Assembly: GCA_963575745.1 (NCBI GenBank)
Contig: CAUYUJ010000228.1
Span: 62,001-116,581 of the forward strand
Origin: Prorocentrum cordatum
Lineage: Eukaryota
DNA: 54,581 nt
Reading direction: 5' to 3'
This document shows, piece after piece, positions 30,210 through 41,970 of the stretch. The notes beneath the pieces are model-generated. The model saw only the letters and a program-made list of their open reading frames with translations. It was not told where the DNA came from and did not search any database. The translations under genes and the position numbers were made by a program. Each line of letters begins with the position of its first letter. Within the stretch, counting starts at the first letter, position 1.

Positions 30210-32990
30210 CGTTCCGGTTCCGGTTCCGGTTCCGGTTCCGGTTCCGGTTCCGGTTCCGGTTCCGGTTCCGGTTCCGGTTCCGGTTGGGGATCATCCCAAT
30301 CCATCATCTTTGCCGCCGGCAGCTCTGGGTTGGACGTTGCAGACATGCAGGAAAGTGCTGGTTCCGGTTCCGGTTCCGGTTCCGGTTCGGGTTCCGGTTC
30401 CGGTTCCGGTTGGGGATCGTCCCAATCCATCATCTTTGCTGCCGGCAACTCTGGGTTGGACAGAGCAGACATGCGCGAAAGTGCTGTTTCCGGTTCCGGT
30501 TCCGGTTCCGGTTCCGGTTCCGGTTGGGGATCACCCCGATCCATCATCGTTGCCGCCAGCAGCTCTGGATTGGACATTGCAGACATGCAGGAAAGTGCTG
30601 GTTCCGGTTCCGGTTCCGGTTCCGGTTCCGGTTCCGGTCGGTCGGGGATCCAGGTTCCGGTTCCGGTTCCGGTCATCATCCCAATCCCATCTTTGCCGCG
30701 GCAGCTGCACTCTGGGTTGGACTTTGCAGACAGCAGGAAAGTGCTGTTCCGGTTCCGTTCCGGTTCTGGTTCCGGTTCCGGACGGGATCATCCCAATCCA
30801 TCATCTTTGCCGCCGGCAGTTCTGGGTTGGACATTGCAGACATGCAGGACAGTGCTGGTTCCGGTTCCGGTTCCGGTTATGGTTCCGGTTCCGGTTCCGG
30901 TTGGGGATCATCCCAATCCATCGTCTTTGCCGCCGGCAGCTCTGGGTTGGACGTTGCAGACATGCAGGAAATTGCTGGTTCTGGTTCCGGTTCCGGTTCC
31001 GGTTGGGGATCATCCCAATCCATCATCTTTGCCGCCGGCAGCTCTGGGTTGGACGTTGCAGACATGCAGGAAAGTGCTGGTTCCGGTTCCGGTTCCGGTT
31101 CGGGTCTCGGTGGGGATCATCCCAATCCATCATCTTTGCCGCCGGCAGCTCTGGGTTGGACGTTGCAGACATGCAGGAAAGTGCTGGTTCCGGTTGCGGT
31201 TCCGGTTCTGGTTCCGGTTCCAGCTCCGGTTCCGGTTCCGGTTCCGGTTCTTTGCCGCCGGCAGCTCTGGGATGGACGTTGACGTTGCAGACATGCAGGA
31301 AAGTGCTGGTTCCGGTTCCGGTTCCGGTTCTGGTTCCAGTTCCGGTTCCGGTTGGGGATCATCCCAATCCATCACCTTTGCCGCGGGCAGCTCTGGGTTG
31401 GACGTTGCAGACATGCAGGTGCTGGTTCCGGTTCCGGTTCCGGTTCCGGTTGGGGATCATCCCAATCCATCATCTCTGCCGCCAGCAGCTCTGGGTTGCA
31501 CGTTGCAGACATGCAGGAAAGTGCCGGTTCTGGTTTCGGTTCCGGTTCCGGTTCCGATTGGGGATCATCCCAATCCATCATCTTTGCCGCCGGCAGCTCT
31601 GGGTTGGAGGTTGCAGACATGCAGGAAAGTGCTGGTTCCGGTTCCGGTTCCGGTTCCGGTTCCTGTTCCGGTTCCGGTTCCGGTTGGGGATCATCCCAAT
31701 TATAATCCATCATTTTTGCCGCCGGCAGCTCTGGGTTGGACGTTGCAGACATGCAGGAAAGTGCTGGTTCCGGTTCCGGTTCCGGTTCCGGTTCCGGTCG
31801 GGGATCATCCCAATCCATCATCTTTGCCGCCGGCTGGGTTGGACGTTGCAGACATGCAGGAAAGTGCTGGTTCCGGTTCCGGTTCCGGTTCTGGTTCCGG
31901 TTCCGGTTCCGGTTGGGGATCATCCCAATTCATCATCTTTGCCGCCGGCAGCTCTGTGTTGGACGTTGCAGACATGCAGGAAAGTGCTGGTTCCGGTTCC
32001 GGTTCCGGTTCCGGTTCCGGTTGGGGATCATCCCAATCCATCGTCTTTGCCGCCGGCAGCTCTGGGTTGGACGTTGCAGACATGCAGGAATGTGGTGGTT
32101 CTGGTTCCGGTTCCGGTTCCGGTTCCGGTTGGGGATCATCCCAATCCATCATCTTTGCCGCCGGCAGCTCTGGGTTGGACGTTGCAGACAGCGCAGGAAA
32201 GTGCTGGTTCCGGTTCCGGTTCCGGTTCCGGTTCCGGTTCCGGTTCCGGTTCCGGCCGGGGACCATCCCAATCCATCATTTTTGCCGGGGGGGGGAGGGG
32301 GGGGGAAGCAAGTTCTGGTTGGACGTTGTAACCTGCAGGCCGGTTCTGGTTCCGTATCCGGTTCCGGTTATGGTCCGGTTCGGTTCCGGTTGGGGATCAA
32401 TCCATCATTCATCTTTGCCGCCGGCAAGCTCTGGGGTTAGACGTTGCAGACATGCAGAAATTGCTGGTTCCGGTTTCCGTTCCGGTTCCGTTTCCGGTTT
32501 TCCGGTTGGGGATCATCCCATCCATCATCTTTGCCGCCGGCAGCTCTGGGTTGGACGTTGCAGACATGCAGGAAAGTGCTGGTTCCGGTTCCGGTTCCGG
32601 TTCCGGTCGGGGATCATCCCAATCCATCATCTTTGCCGCCAGCAGCTCTGGGTTGGACGCTGCAGACATGCAGGAAAGTGCTGGTTCCGGTTCCGGTTCC
32701 GGCTCCGGTTCCGGTTCTAGTTCCGGTTCCGGTTCCGGTTCCGGTTCCGGTTGGGGATCATCCCAATCCATCATCTTTGCCGCCGGAAGCTCTGGGTTGG
32801 ACGTTGCAGACATGCAGGAAAGTGCTGGTTCCGGTTCCGGTTCTGGTTTCGGTTCCGGTTCCGGTTGGGGATCATCCCAATCCATCATCTTTGCCGCCGG
32901 CAGCTCTGGGTTGGACGTTGCAGACATGCTGGAAAGTGCTGGTTCCGGTTCCGGTTCCGGTTCCGGTTCCTGTTGGGGATCATCCCACCT
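30210..32990 (+). repeat. Composite satellite: ~75-bp conserved core alternating with variable-length (GGTTCC)n, ~23 units
   Basis: Core ttggggatcatcccaatccatcatctttgccgccggcagctctgggttggacgttgcagacatgcaggaaagtgct. Confidence 0.95.
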
Positions 32991-33515
32991 GAAGGAATTG
33001 ACTTGTTATAAGAGTTATCAATAGTTATAATAGGTTATAAGCATGTTATAAGTAGGTTATTACAGGTTATAACATGTGAAAATTAGTTGGCGCACTCACA
33101 AGTTTGCTAAGCCGGAGCCCTGAGTTAGCCCGGGTTTTAAAAGTTAGTAACTCCGCTAACTTTTCAACATGGTTCTCACCATATCGACATAATCATATAT
33201 TTTGCAGGGTGTACGCTTCAAAAAAAGAAGAGTTTGATAATATGTTTGCAAGTGTTGCACTCATCATTGCGACTTCTCGCATATCATATCTACGCTGATC
33301 TCAATTGCAATCGATGCAAATCCGCAGGTAGTGTTGCAACAATTGAGTTGCATGTGTTTTTTTTGGGCATGCCATGTTGATTCCGTCGTCATTTGGGCTC
33401 CAGGGCATTTCGCGCGCATCATTGTGTGCTCGCGATTTGCAAGTTGTGTCTTGCATCCATCTGAGACATGTAGCCGCGTGGAGCGGATGCTAAGATTCTC
33501 AAATGCAAGGACGCA

Positions 33516-33704
33516 GTGGACATTATTGAGAGGAAGTTCGACTCGCCTAAAGCAGAGGTGGTGGATTTGTACGAACAGGTCAAGGCGATAGCTCGCCAAC
33601 ATGGTATGCTACTGACAGAGAAAATCAACAGTAAGTATATGTACGTGAGCCCATGCAACAGATATGGCGACGGCGTCGTGCCGTGTGACGTCACTGACTT
33701 GATC
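33516..33704 (+). pseudogene. Short coding fragment with a PxNRxG motif (possibly ParB/Srx-like N-terminus), truncated by a TIR
   Basis: DIIERKFDSPKAEVVDLYEQVKAIARQHGMLLTEKINSKYMYVSPCNRYGDGVVPCDVTDLI; protein-like text stops at the TIR. Confidence 0.3.
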
Positions 33705-33805
33705 GGCTTCAGGCGCAAAGGGGGCCTGGTGGTTTTTAAGCGTGATCTTTTTCAGCTCCAGACTGGATGATTCGGCGGGCGTTCGGCCCTCCGAGGGTTT
33801 CATGC

Positions 33806-33841
<36 letters not shown>

Positions 33842-33989
33842 CTCTCTTCTGTGTGTTTTCGTTCGTAGCGCATTCCTCTTCCTCCTCATCCTTCTCCGTC
33901 TTCCTCCTCATCCTGTTCCCGATCATCCTCCTCTTCCTCCTCCTCCTCCTCCTCCTCGTCCTCCTCCGCCTCCTCCCCCTCTCCCCTTT

Positions 33990-34317
33990 TTCTGAAGGAA
34001 TGCCAGAACTTTGGGAAAACCATTGGAAAAACCAAAAAAACCAAAGAAACCTAAGTGGTGGAGACGGAAAGTTTAGGAAACCCATTGGAAAAACCAAAAA
34101 AAACAAAAAAAACAAAGATTCCACAGAGAGTGCGGGGAACACCCGTCCGAAGGGACACGTCCAAAGGGAATCCCCGCACTCTCTGTGGAATCTTTGTTTT
34201 TTTTTTTTTTTGGTTTTTCCAATGGGTTTCCTAAAGTTTTCGTTTCCAGCACTTAGGTTTCTTTGTTTTTTTTGGTTTTTCCAATGGTTTTCCCAAAGTT
34301 GTTGCAGTCCTTCAGAA
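33990..34317. repeat. Foldback (MITE-like) inverted repeat with ~148-bp arms and a 32-bp loop
   Basis: ttctgaagga...ccacagagagtgcgggga (to 34138) pairs with tccccgcactctctgtgg...tccttcagaa (from 34171). Confidence 0.92.
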
Positions 34318-34429
34318 GGGGGGGATGGGGGAGGAGGGGGAGGAGGAAGAGGATGGAGAGGAGTCGCAGGGAGGAGGTCGCGGGAGGGGTTCGTACCTGC
34401 GGCGCTGAACCCTCCCTCTGTGATGCATT

Positions 34430-35620
34430 CCCACGGAATCCTGTTGAGAGGCCTTCCATGAGAATCCCTTTGGGGTGCTTTCCAAAGGAATCCTGTTGTG
34501 AGGCTTTCCAATTTGATCCCTCTGTTGTGCTTTCCAATGGAATCCTGTTGGGAGGCTTTCCAATGGAATCCCTTTGTGGTGATTTCCAAAGGGTTCCTGT
34601 TGTGAGGATTTCCAAAGGGTTCCTGTTGTGATGGTTTCCAAAGGGTTCCTGTTGTGAGGATTTGTGCTCCAGCGCCATCCTCCCAACGGTAGCAGTTTGG
34701 ATTGCGGCTTTCCAATAGAATCCCTCTGTTGCGCTTTCCAAAGAAACCATGTTGGGAGGCTTTCCAATGGAACTCCTTTGTTGTGCTTTCCAAAGGATTC
34801 CGATTGTGAGGCGTTCCAGTAGAATCGCTTTGTTGCGATTTCTGTCGGATTCCGAATGTGAGGCTTTCCCATAGAATCCCTCTGTTGTGCTTTCCAAAGG
34901 AATCCTGTTGGGAGGCTGTCCAATGGAACTCCTTTGTGGTGCTTTTCAAAGGGTTCCTGATGTGAGGCTTTCCAATGGAATCCCTTTGTTGCGCTTTTCA
35001 AAAGATTCCAATTGTGAGGCTTTCCCATGGAATCCCTTTTGTGTAGTTTTCCAAAGGATTTCCTTTGTGACGCTTTCCAATTGAAACCCTTTGTAGCATT
35101 TTCCGAAGGGTTCTTGCTGTCAGGCTTTCCACTAGAATCCCTTTGGGGTGCTTTCCAAAGGGTTCCTGTTGTGAGGCCTTCCAACAAACTCCCTTCGGGG
35201 TGCTTCCCAAAGGAATCAGATTGTGAAGCTTTCCAATGTAATCCGATTGTGAGGCTTTCCCATAGAGTACCTCTGTGGGGCTTGCCAAAGGAATCCTGTT
35301 GAGAGGCTTTCCAATGGTACCATTGTGTGGTTTTCCAAACGAATCCTGCTGAGAGGCTTTCCAATAGAATCCTTCTGTGGCGCTTTCCAACAGATTCCGA
35401 TTGTGAGGCGTTCCAATAGAATCCCTCTGTGGTGCTTTCCAAAGGAATCCTGTTGAGATGCTTTCAAATGGAATCCATTTGTAGCGCTTCCCAAATGAAG
35501 ACCTGTTGAGAGGCTTTCCAATGGAACTCCTTTGTGGTGCCTTTCAAAGGGTTCCTGTTGAGAGGCTTTCACATGGAATCCCTTTGTGGTGCTTTCCAAA
35601 GGGTTCCTGTTCTGAAGGTT
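34430..35620 (+). repeat. 25-27-bp minisatellite with a ~52-bp dimeric higher order
   Basis: gctttccaatggaatccctttgtggt alternating with gctttccaaagggttcctgttgtgag. Confidence 0.9.
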
Positions 35621-37599
35621 TCAAATGCTCTCGGCTAGGTGGGAGAAGGATCGGCGCAGGTTTGACGCAGGACAATGGAAACATGTAGAGAGACAGGGAG
35701 AGAGAGAGAGAGAGAGAAACGGAAACACATCGAGAAAAATAATGAAAGAGAGAGAGAGAGAGAGAAAGAGAAGGAGTCGTAGAGAGAGACTCGCATAGGT
35801 TTTCTTATTAAAAACAACACGCACAAAAACCACCAGGCCCCCTTTGCGCCTGGAGCCAAAGTCCCGACCCCTTCTCCTGGTGCCGCTTTTCGCCCTAGAT
35901 CCGTATGGTCCCCGGGGCCCGAAAGGGCCCCAAAGGGCCGTTCCCGGCGAGGGTCCAGGGGTGCCCTCCACCTCGAGGAGGTGGCGGCCCAGCTTGTGGC
36001 GACCCCCCTTCTTGGCGCTGCCCGATCTCTCTCTCTCTCTCTATATATATATATACAAGACTGCATTGGCGCTGCGCGCCATGCACCTTGGTCCTTTGGA
36101 TTTCGCACGCTCGCGGAGTGCGAACGTGCGTACATGCGCACACACATGCGTCTATGATTGCATAGTACATAGTACATATGTACATACATACATATATACA
36201 TATATTTATATTATATATATATGTATATATATATATATATAGATATATATATATATACGTTTGTATGGGTATGTACATGTATATGCAAATGGTCAGTGTA
36301 ACTATGTGTGCGCGTACACATGCGTATATCAGGCGGTAGTGGCCTGACCACTTGCTCGTATCATCGCGCCACTAAAAGGCGCGAAGGTCTCAGGCAAACG
36401 TGGTCAGACTACCATGGGACAATGCGTCGCCGAGGTCAGTGTTGCGAGGACGTCCCGGGTGAAAATGGCCTGAACACCTCCGCTCAGGGGGAGGCATATC
36501 CGAAGTCAGCCGTGCGAGGAAATTTCAAGCGAGGAGTGGTCTGAACACCTCTGCCCAGGGCATCCTTGAACTTAGAGTTGCGAGAAGTCGCGCGCGAAAG
36601 TGGCCGAACCACCATGGTGCAAGGCACCTCCGAAGTGAGACTTGTGAGAGTGTCTCAGGCGACAGTGGCTGGAACACCTCAACTGAGAGTGTCTCGGGCC
36701 CCAGAGCTGCGATGATGTCTCAAGCGAAAACGGCGGGACCGATGCGAAACAAGGCGCTTCTGAGGTCGGAGTTGCGAGCATATCTCTGGCGAAGTTGATT
36801 AGACTACTTTCCGTTATCTCTTCTTCCTCCTTCCCCTTTTCCTTTCCTCGTCCTCCTCCCCCTCCTCCTCCTCCTCCTCCTGTTCCTCCTCCTCTTCCTC
36901 TGCCCCCGTCGCCGCTTCTTTTTTGTCCATTCTCCCCATCCCCGGCGGCGCGGCGCGGTGCCGCTCGGCCTCTCTGCGAGTCAAGCGGAGGAAGGGGGGG
37001 GGGGGGCGTTGCAAGTGTTCGTGCGGCCGCGAGTCCCCAGGGAGTGTTTCCCCAGGATGTATACTGAAACCGAAGGTCCCCGACGGCCAATTCTCCGACA
37101 TGTCACAAAAACCCTGGTTCCCAACAGCGCGTCCCGATGAGATGGCGTCGTGGCCCCGACGGTTTGTGTTGAGTGTTGCGAGAAGCTCAGTCGAGGCGGG
37201 AGGCGGAACATGAAGAGGATGAGGAGAAGGATGAGGAGGAAGAGGAGGAGGATAAAGAGGAGGAAGAGGATGACGAGGACAGATTATGTGGATTTCTGGG
37301 GTACAGCCGAGGTGTCGCGGAAGAAATCCGCAGCAGAGACTTGGGAGAGTGAGGAGAGCTGCTTCTACCAGACCTTTGGCTGGGCGGAACGTGAAACATC
37401 ACGGGGAATTAAGAAAAGGAGGGGGGGAGGTAGAGGAGGAAGAGAATGAGGAAGAGGAGGGGGAGCTCTTGGGTCCTTCGGTGGTTTGAACGGAAAATGG
37501 CCTCGCTGCGCCATTGGATACGACAACGACGACGACGAAGAAGGCGAAGACAAAGAGAAGGGATAATGAGAGGGGGAGACCGCTGTGTTGGGATCTCGT

Positions 37600-38150
37600 G
37601 GTGCGCCTCTCGGGGCCCTCTGGGAGGCAGTTTTGAAGCGTCTTGGGGGCGTTTTGGGGTTCTTGGGATCTTTGTGGGGCCTCTTGCGTGCCTCTTGGGG
37701 GCTCCTTGGGGCCTCTTGGGATTCTCTTGGGGCCTCATGGGGCTCTCTCCCGGTTTCTTGGGGCCCTCTCGCGGCGGAAAATGTAATTTTTGAATGTTTG
37801 GGCGCCCTCTTGGGTCTCTCTTGGGGCCGTCTTGGTGCTCTCTTGGGCCGTCTTGGGCGCCTCTTGGGAGGTCTCGGAGCCCTCCTGGACCGTGTTGGGG
37901 CCTTCTTGGGCAGTATTGGGGCGATCTAGGGAGCCTCTTGGGCCATTGTGGAGCGTCGGGAAGCGGGAAAAGCGAGAAGGCCAAAAACACCGGAGAACGC
38001 ACAGGAAAATCAACAATTGTAGCCTCTCGGGGCTCTCTTGGGAGGCCTCTTGGGGGTCTCTGGGGGCGTCTTGGACGCGTCTTGGGCAGTCTTGGGCCCA
38101 GATTGGGCGTCTTGGGCCGGTCTTCGGGTGTCTCGGGGCCCTCTTTGGCC
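37600..38150 (+). repeat. TCTTGGGG-rich dispersed repeat
   Basis: Collinear with the reverse complement of 45390-46030. Confidence 0.75.
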
Positions 38151-38259
38151 GTCGTGGGGTTTTTTTTCCCCCATATCCTAAGATGGGGTTCTTGTTATTA
38201 CTTGGACGCCTCCTACTCCCTCTCCTTCTTCCTCCTCCTTTTTCCTCCTCCCCTCCTGT

Positions 38260-38500
38260 CGGACTTACTCATACTCAGACTTGCTCATACTCAGACTTAC
38301 TCATACACAGACTTACTCATACTCAGACTTACTCATACTCAGACCTACTCATACTCAGCCTATATACAACAAACAATACACCCATTTAAAACAAGCACAC
38401 TCAGACATGCTCATACACAGACATACTCATACACAGACTTACTCATACCCAGACGTACTCATACACAGACTCACTCATACCCAGACTTACTCATACACAG
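38260..38500 (+). repeat. 16-bp minisatellite (cagacttactcatact/ca)
   Basis: Direct reading. Confidence 0.9.
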
Positions 38501-38502
38501 TA

Positions 38503-39620
38503 CGCTTGGAGAGCAGATTGTGAGGATGTCTCAGGCGGGGCGCTGGTTTCAGCACCCCTAAGGGGAGCCGCCAGGGGTGGTTGCACGGGCTCGTTCGCGG
38601 CCATTTTGTGGGGTTGTCTCAGGCGGTTTGCTTGTTTCTGGGCTCAACATCCTTCGCTTGGAAAGCAGATTGTGAGGATGTCTCAGGCGGGGCGCTGGTT
38701 TCAGCACCCCTAAGGGGAGCGGCCAGGGGTGGTTGCACGGGCTCGTTCGGGGCCATTTTGTGGGGATGTCTCTGGCGGTTTGTTTGTTTCTGGGCTCAAC
38801 ATCCTTCGCTAGGAAAGCAGATTGTGAGGATGTCTCAGGCGGGGCGCTGGTTTCAGCACCCCTAAGGGGAGCCGCCAGGGGTGGTTGCACGGGCCCGCTC
38901 GCGGCCATTTTGTGGGGATGTCTCAGGCGGTTTGCTTGTTTCTGGGCTCAACATCCTTCGCTTGGAGAGCAGATTGTGAGGATGTCTCAGGCGGGGCGCT
39001 GGTTTCAGCACCCCTAAGGGGAACCGCCAGGGGTGGTTGCACGGGCTCGTTCGCGGTCATTTTGTGGGGATGTCTCAAGCGGTTTGACTGTTTCCGGGCT
39101 CGACATCCTTCGCTTGGAGAGCAGATTGTGAGGATGTCTCAAGCGGGGCGCTGGTTTCAGCACCCCTAAGGGGAGCCGCCAGGGGTGGTTGCACGGGCTC
39201 GTTCGCGGCCATTTAGTGGGGATGTCTCAAGCGGTTTGCTTGTTTCTGGGCTCAACATCCTTCGCTTGGAGAGCAGATTGTGAGGATGTCTCAGGCGGGG
39301 CGCTGGTTTCAGCACCCCTAAGGGGAGCCGCCAGGGGGGTTTGCACGGGCTCGTTCGCGGCAATTTTTTTGGGATGTCTCAGGCGGTTTGCTTGTTTCCG
39401 GGCCCAACATCCTTCGCTTGGAGAGCAGATCGTGAGGATGTCTCAGGCGGGGCGCTGGTTTCAGCACCCCTGATGGTGTTCTTGTTATTACTTGGACGCC
39501 TCCTACTCTTTCTTCTCCCTCCTCCTCTTTTCTCCCCCCCTCCTGTCGGACTTACTCATGTCTCAAGCGGGGCGCTGGTTGCAGCACCCCGATGGGGAGC
39601 CGCCAGGGGTGGTTGCACGG
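38503..39620 (+). repeat. 152-bp tandem satellite, ~6.5 copies
   Basis: tgaggatgtctcaggcggggcgctggtttcagcacccc recurs at 152-bp spacing (38521, 38673, ...). Confidence 0.95.
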
Positions 39621-40814
39621 TAGATAAATGCTCACCGTGGCACTATCCTCCAACATGACATGCACTTATGGCCTTGTGTGGCCACACGCTCGTCTTACAT
39701 ATCCCACTGCCAACTATCCTACAACATATGCACATGTGGGAAGCTCCAAAGCTACCACGGGCTGAAAAAAAGGGGAAGGCCTGGCAGCTGAGGAGGGGGG
39801 ATGAAGAGGAAAAGGCTCGCATTCAACCGTACTCAAAGCTCACTCTGACTCATACGCAATCACTCGCATTAGGGGTCACTCGTCTTCGTCGGCCCTGTCG
39901 CCCACGTGGACGCGCTATTGTAGTCGACCGCTCATGAAGAGACGCTCACCACGGCATGACATTAAACATGAGATGCACATATGGGGAGCTCCACGCAGTG
40001 AGTAATTTTCGCGTCGCACTCGCAGGACAGAAACGAAGCACTCTGCAGGAGCGCCCCAAAGGCTCGGGGAGGCCGAAATCCCACCAGCCCTTTGGGCGTG
40101 AGTGGTTTAGGGAGTCCTCTCTGTTCTCAACCCCTCTTCTTCCCCTTCGGGGAGGGGTTTACCCCTCCCCCTACCCCCTCCCCCTGGACCTGGAGAGGGG
40201 GTTTCGCGGGTCGTCAGGGGGGTCATTTTCGACTCCTGGGAGGGCTAAAAAACGACACCCCTCACGAGGATTCTGGCCCCGACGGGGGGAACCAGAAAAA
40301 ACCCTCTCCTCTTCTGTGAAGCCAAAATCATTGATTTTACTACGGTTTCGGCCCCATTTTGGCCTTCTGAGGGGGCAGCGCTCATGAAAGCTCCCCTCTT
40401 CCTTCAAGGACAAATCATTGATTTTACGAAGGTTTTGGGCTCATTTGCCCTTCTGAGGGGGCAGCGCTCATTGAAGCTCCCCTCTTCTTTGATCCATTCC
40501 CTCCAAGATGGCCCCAAGAAGCGCCCAGGAGGCACCAAGAGGCCCCAAGATGGCCCCAAGAGGTCCCCGGGAGGCCCCCAAGAGGCCTCCAAGAGGCCCC
40601 CAAGAGGTCCCCAAGAGGCCCCAAGAGGCTCCCCCGAGGCACCCAAGACGCTCCTGGAAGCCCCTGGGGCCGCCAAGAGGCTCCCAAGACGCCCCAAACG
40701 GCCTCCAAGAGGCTCCCAAGAGGCCCGAAGAGGCTCCCCCCAGGCACCCAAGACGCTCCTAGAAGCCCCTGGGGCCGCCAAGAGGCCCCCAAGACGCCCC
40801 AAAAGGGGACGAGG

Positions 40815-41240
40815 TGCCCGAACGCCTCACGCCACGAGGAGCCCGAACGACTCACACCAGGACGAGGGGCCCCAACGACTCACACCACGAAGAGCCCGAA
40901 CGACTCACACCACAAGGAGGGGCCCGAACGACTCACACCAGGAAGAGGCGCCCGAACGACTCACACCACGAGGAGCCCGAACGACTCACACCACGACGCG
41001 GGCCCCGAACGACTCACACCAGGAGGAGCCCGAACGAGTCACACCAGGAGGAGGGGCCCGAACGACTCACACCAGGATGAGGGGCCCGAACAACTCACAC
41101 CACGAGAAGCCCGAACGACTCACACCAGGACGAAGAGCCCGAACGACTCACACCACGAAGAGCCCGAACGACTCACACCAGGAAGAAGGGCCCGAACGAA
41201 TCACACCAGGACGAGAAGCCCGAACGACTCAAACCACGAG
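40815..41240 (+). repeat. 25/28-bp minisatellite with core gcccgaacgactcacacca, ~16 copies
   Basis: 19-nt core with 6- or 9-nt purine-rich linkers. Confidence 0.9.
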
Positions 41241-41524
41241 GAGCGCTTTCTCTCCCTCCTCCTCCGCCTAGTCCTTCTCCCGCTCCCCCCACAAGGAGGA
41301 TGTACAAGGAGGCGGGAGGAAGGAGGAACAGGGGAGATATGCGGGGCCAAGCGGACACACGCCTGAAAAACACGACTGTCGGCATGCTTCGCAAGAGTTG
41401 ATGCTGTGAGATGGGCTGGTGGGGATACGCGAAACGTCAATAATTCGTTTGGGTGGGTGGGTGGGTGGGCACCGTGTGCCGCTTTTCCGGGGTCCCCGGC
41501 CCTGTAAAAATATATAAATAGGAA

Positions 41525-41970
41525 TACACATATACACATACATACATACACACATACATACATTCATTCATTCATACATACATACATACATGCACACATG
41601 CAAACTTACATACATACAAACACACATACATACACATACACATACACATAAACATACACATACCCATACCCGTACCCATACATACATACATACATACATA
41701 CATACATACATACATACATACACATGCATACATGCATACATACACACATACACACATACATACATATATACATACATACATACATACATACATACATACA
41801 TACATACATCCACACACATACATACATACATACATACACACATACATACATACGTACATACATACATATTTACATATATACATACATACATCCATACATA
41901 CATACATACACCTATACATATGTATATGTATATGTTCATACATTATATATATGTGTGTGTATATATATAT
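41525..41970 (+). repeat. (CATA)n microsatellite
   Basis: Direct reading. Confidence 0.95.

Larger units (their letters stand above)
33705..35857. mobile_element. Non-autonomous TIR-bounded element (~2.15 kb)
   Basis: 33-bp inverted repeats with one mismatch (33705-33737 and 35825-35857). (TC)n and (GA)n tracts are mirrored inside the ends. No TSD seen. Confidence 0.7.

Noticed and set aside
30210..32990. CRISPR array or a 900-aa GS/PE-repeat protein
   Set aside because: The spacers are a single hexamer repeat, and the ORFs drift between frames at indels.
33139..33164. Terminator-like hairpin (aaaagttag/ctaactttt)
   Set aside because: The 9-bp inverted repeat is real, but there is no upstream gene and bacterial-type terminators are not expected here.
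40815..41240. CRISPR-like repeat-spacer pattern
   Set aside because: The linkers are only 6-9 nt and resemble each other, there are no cas genes, and the context is eukaryotic.
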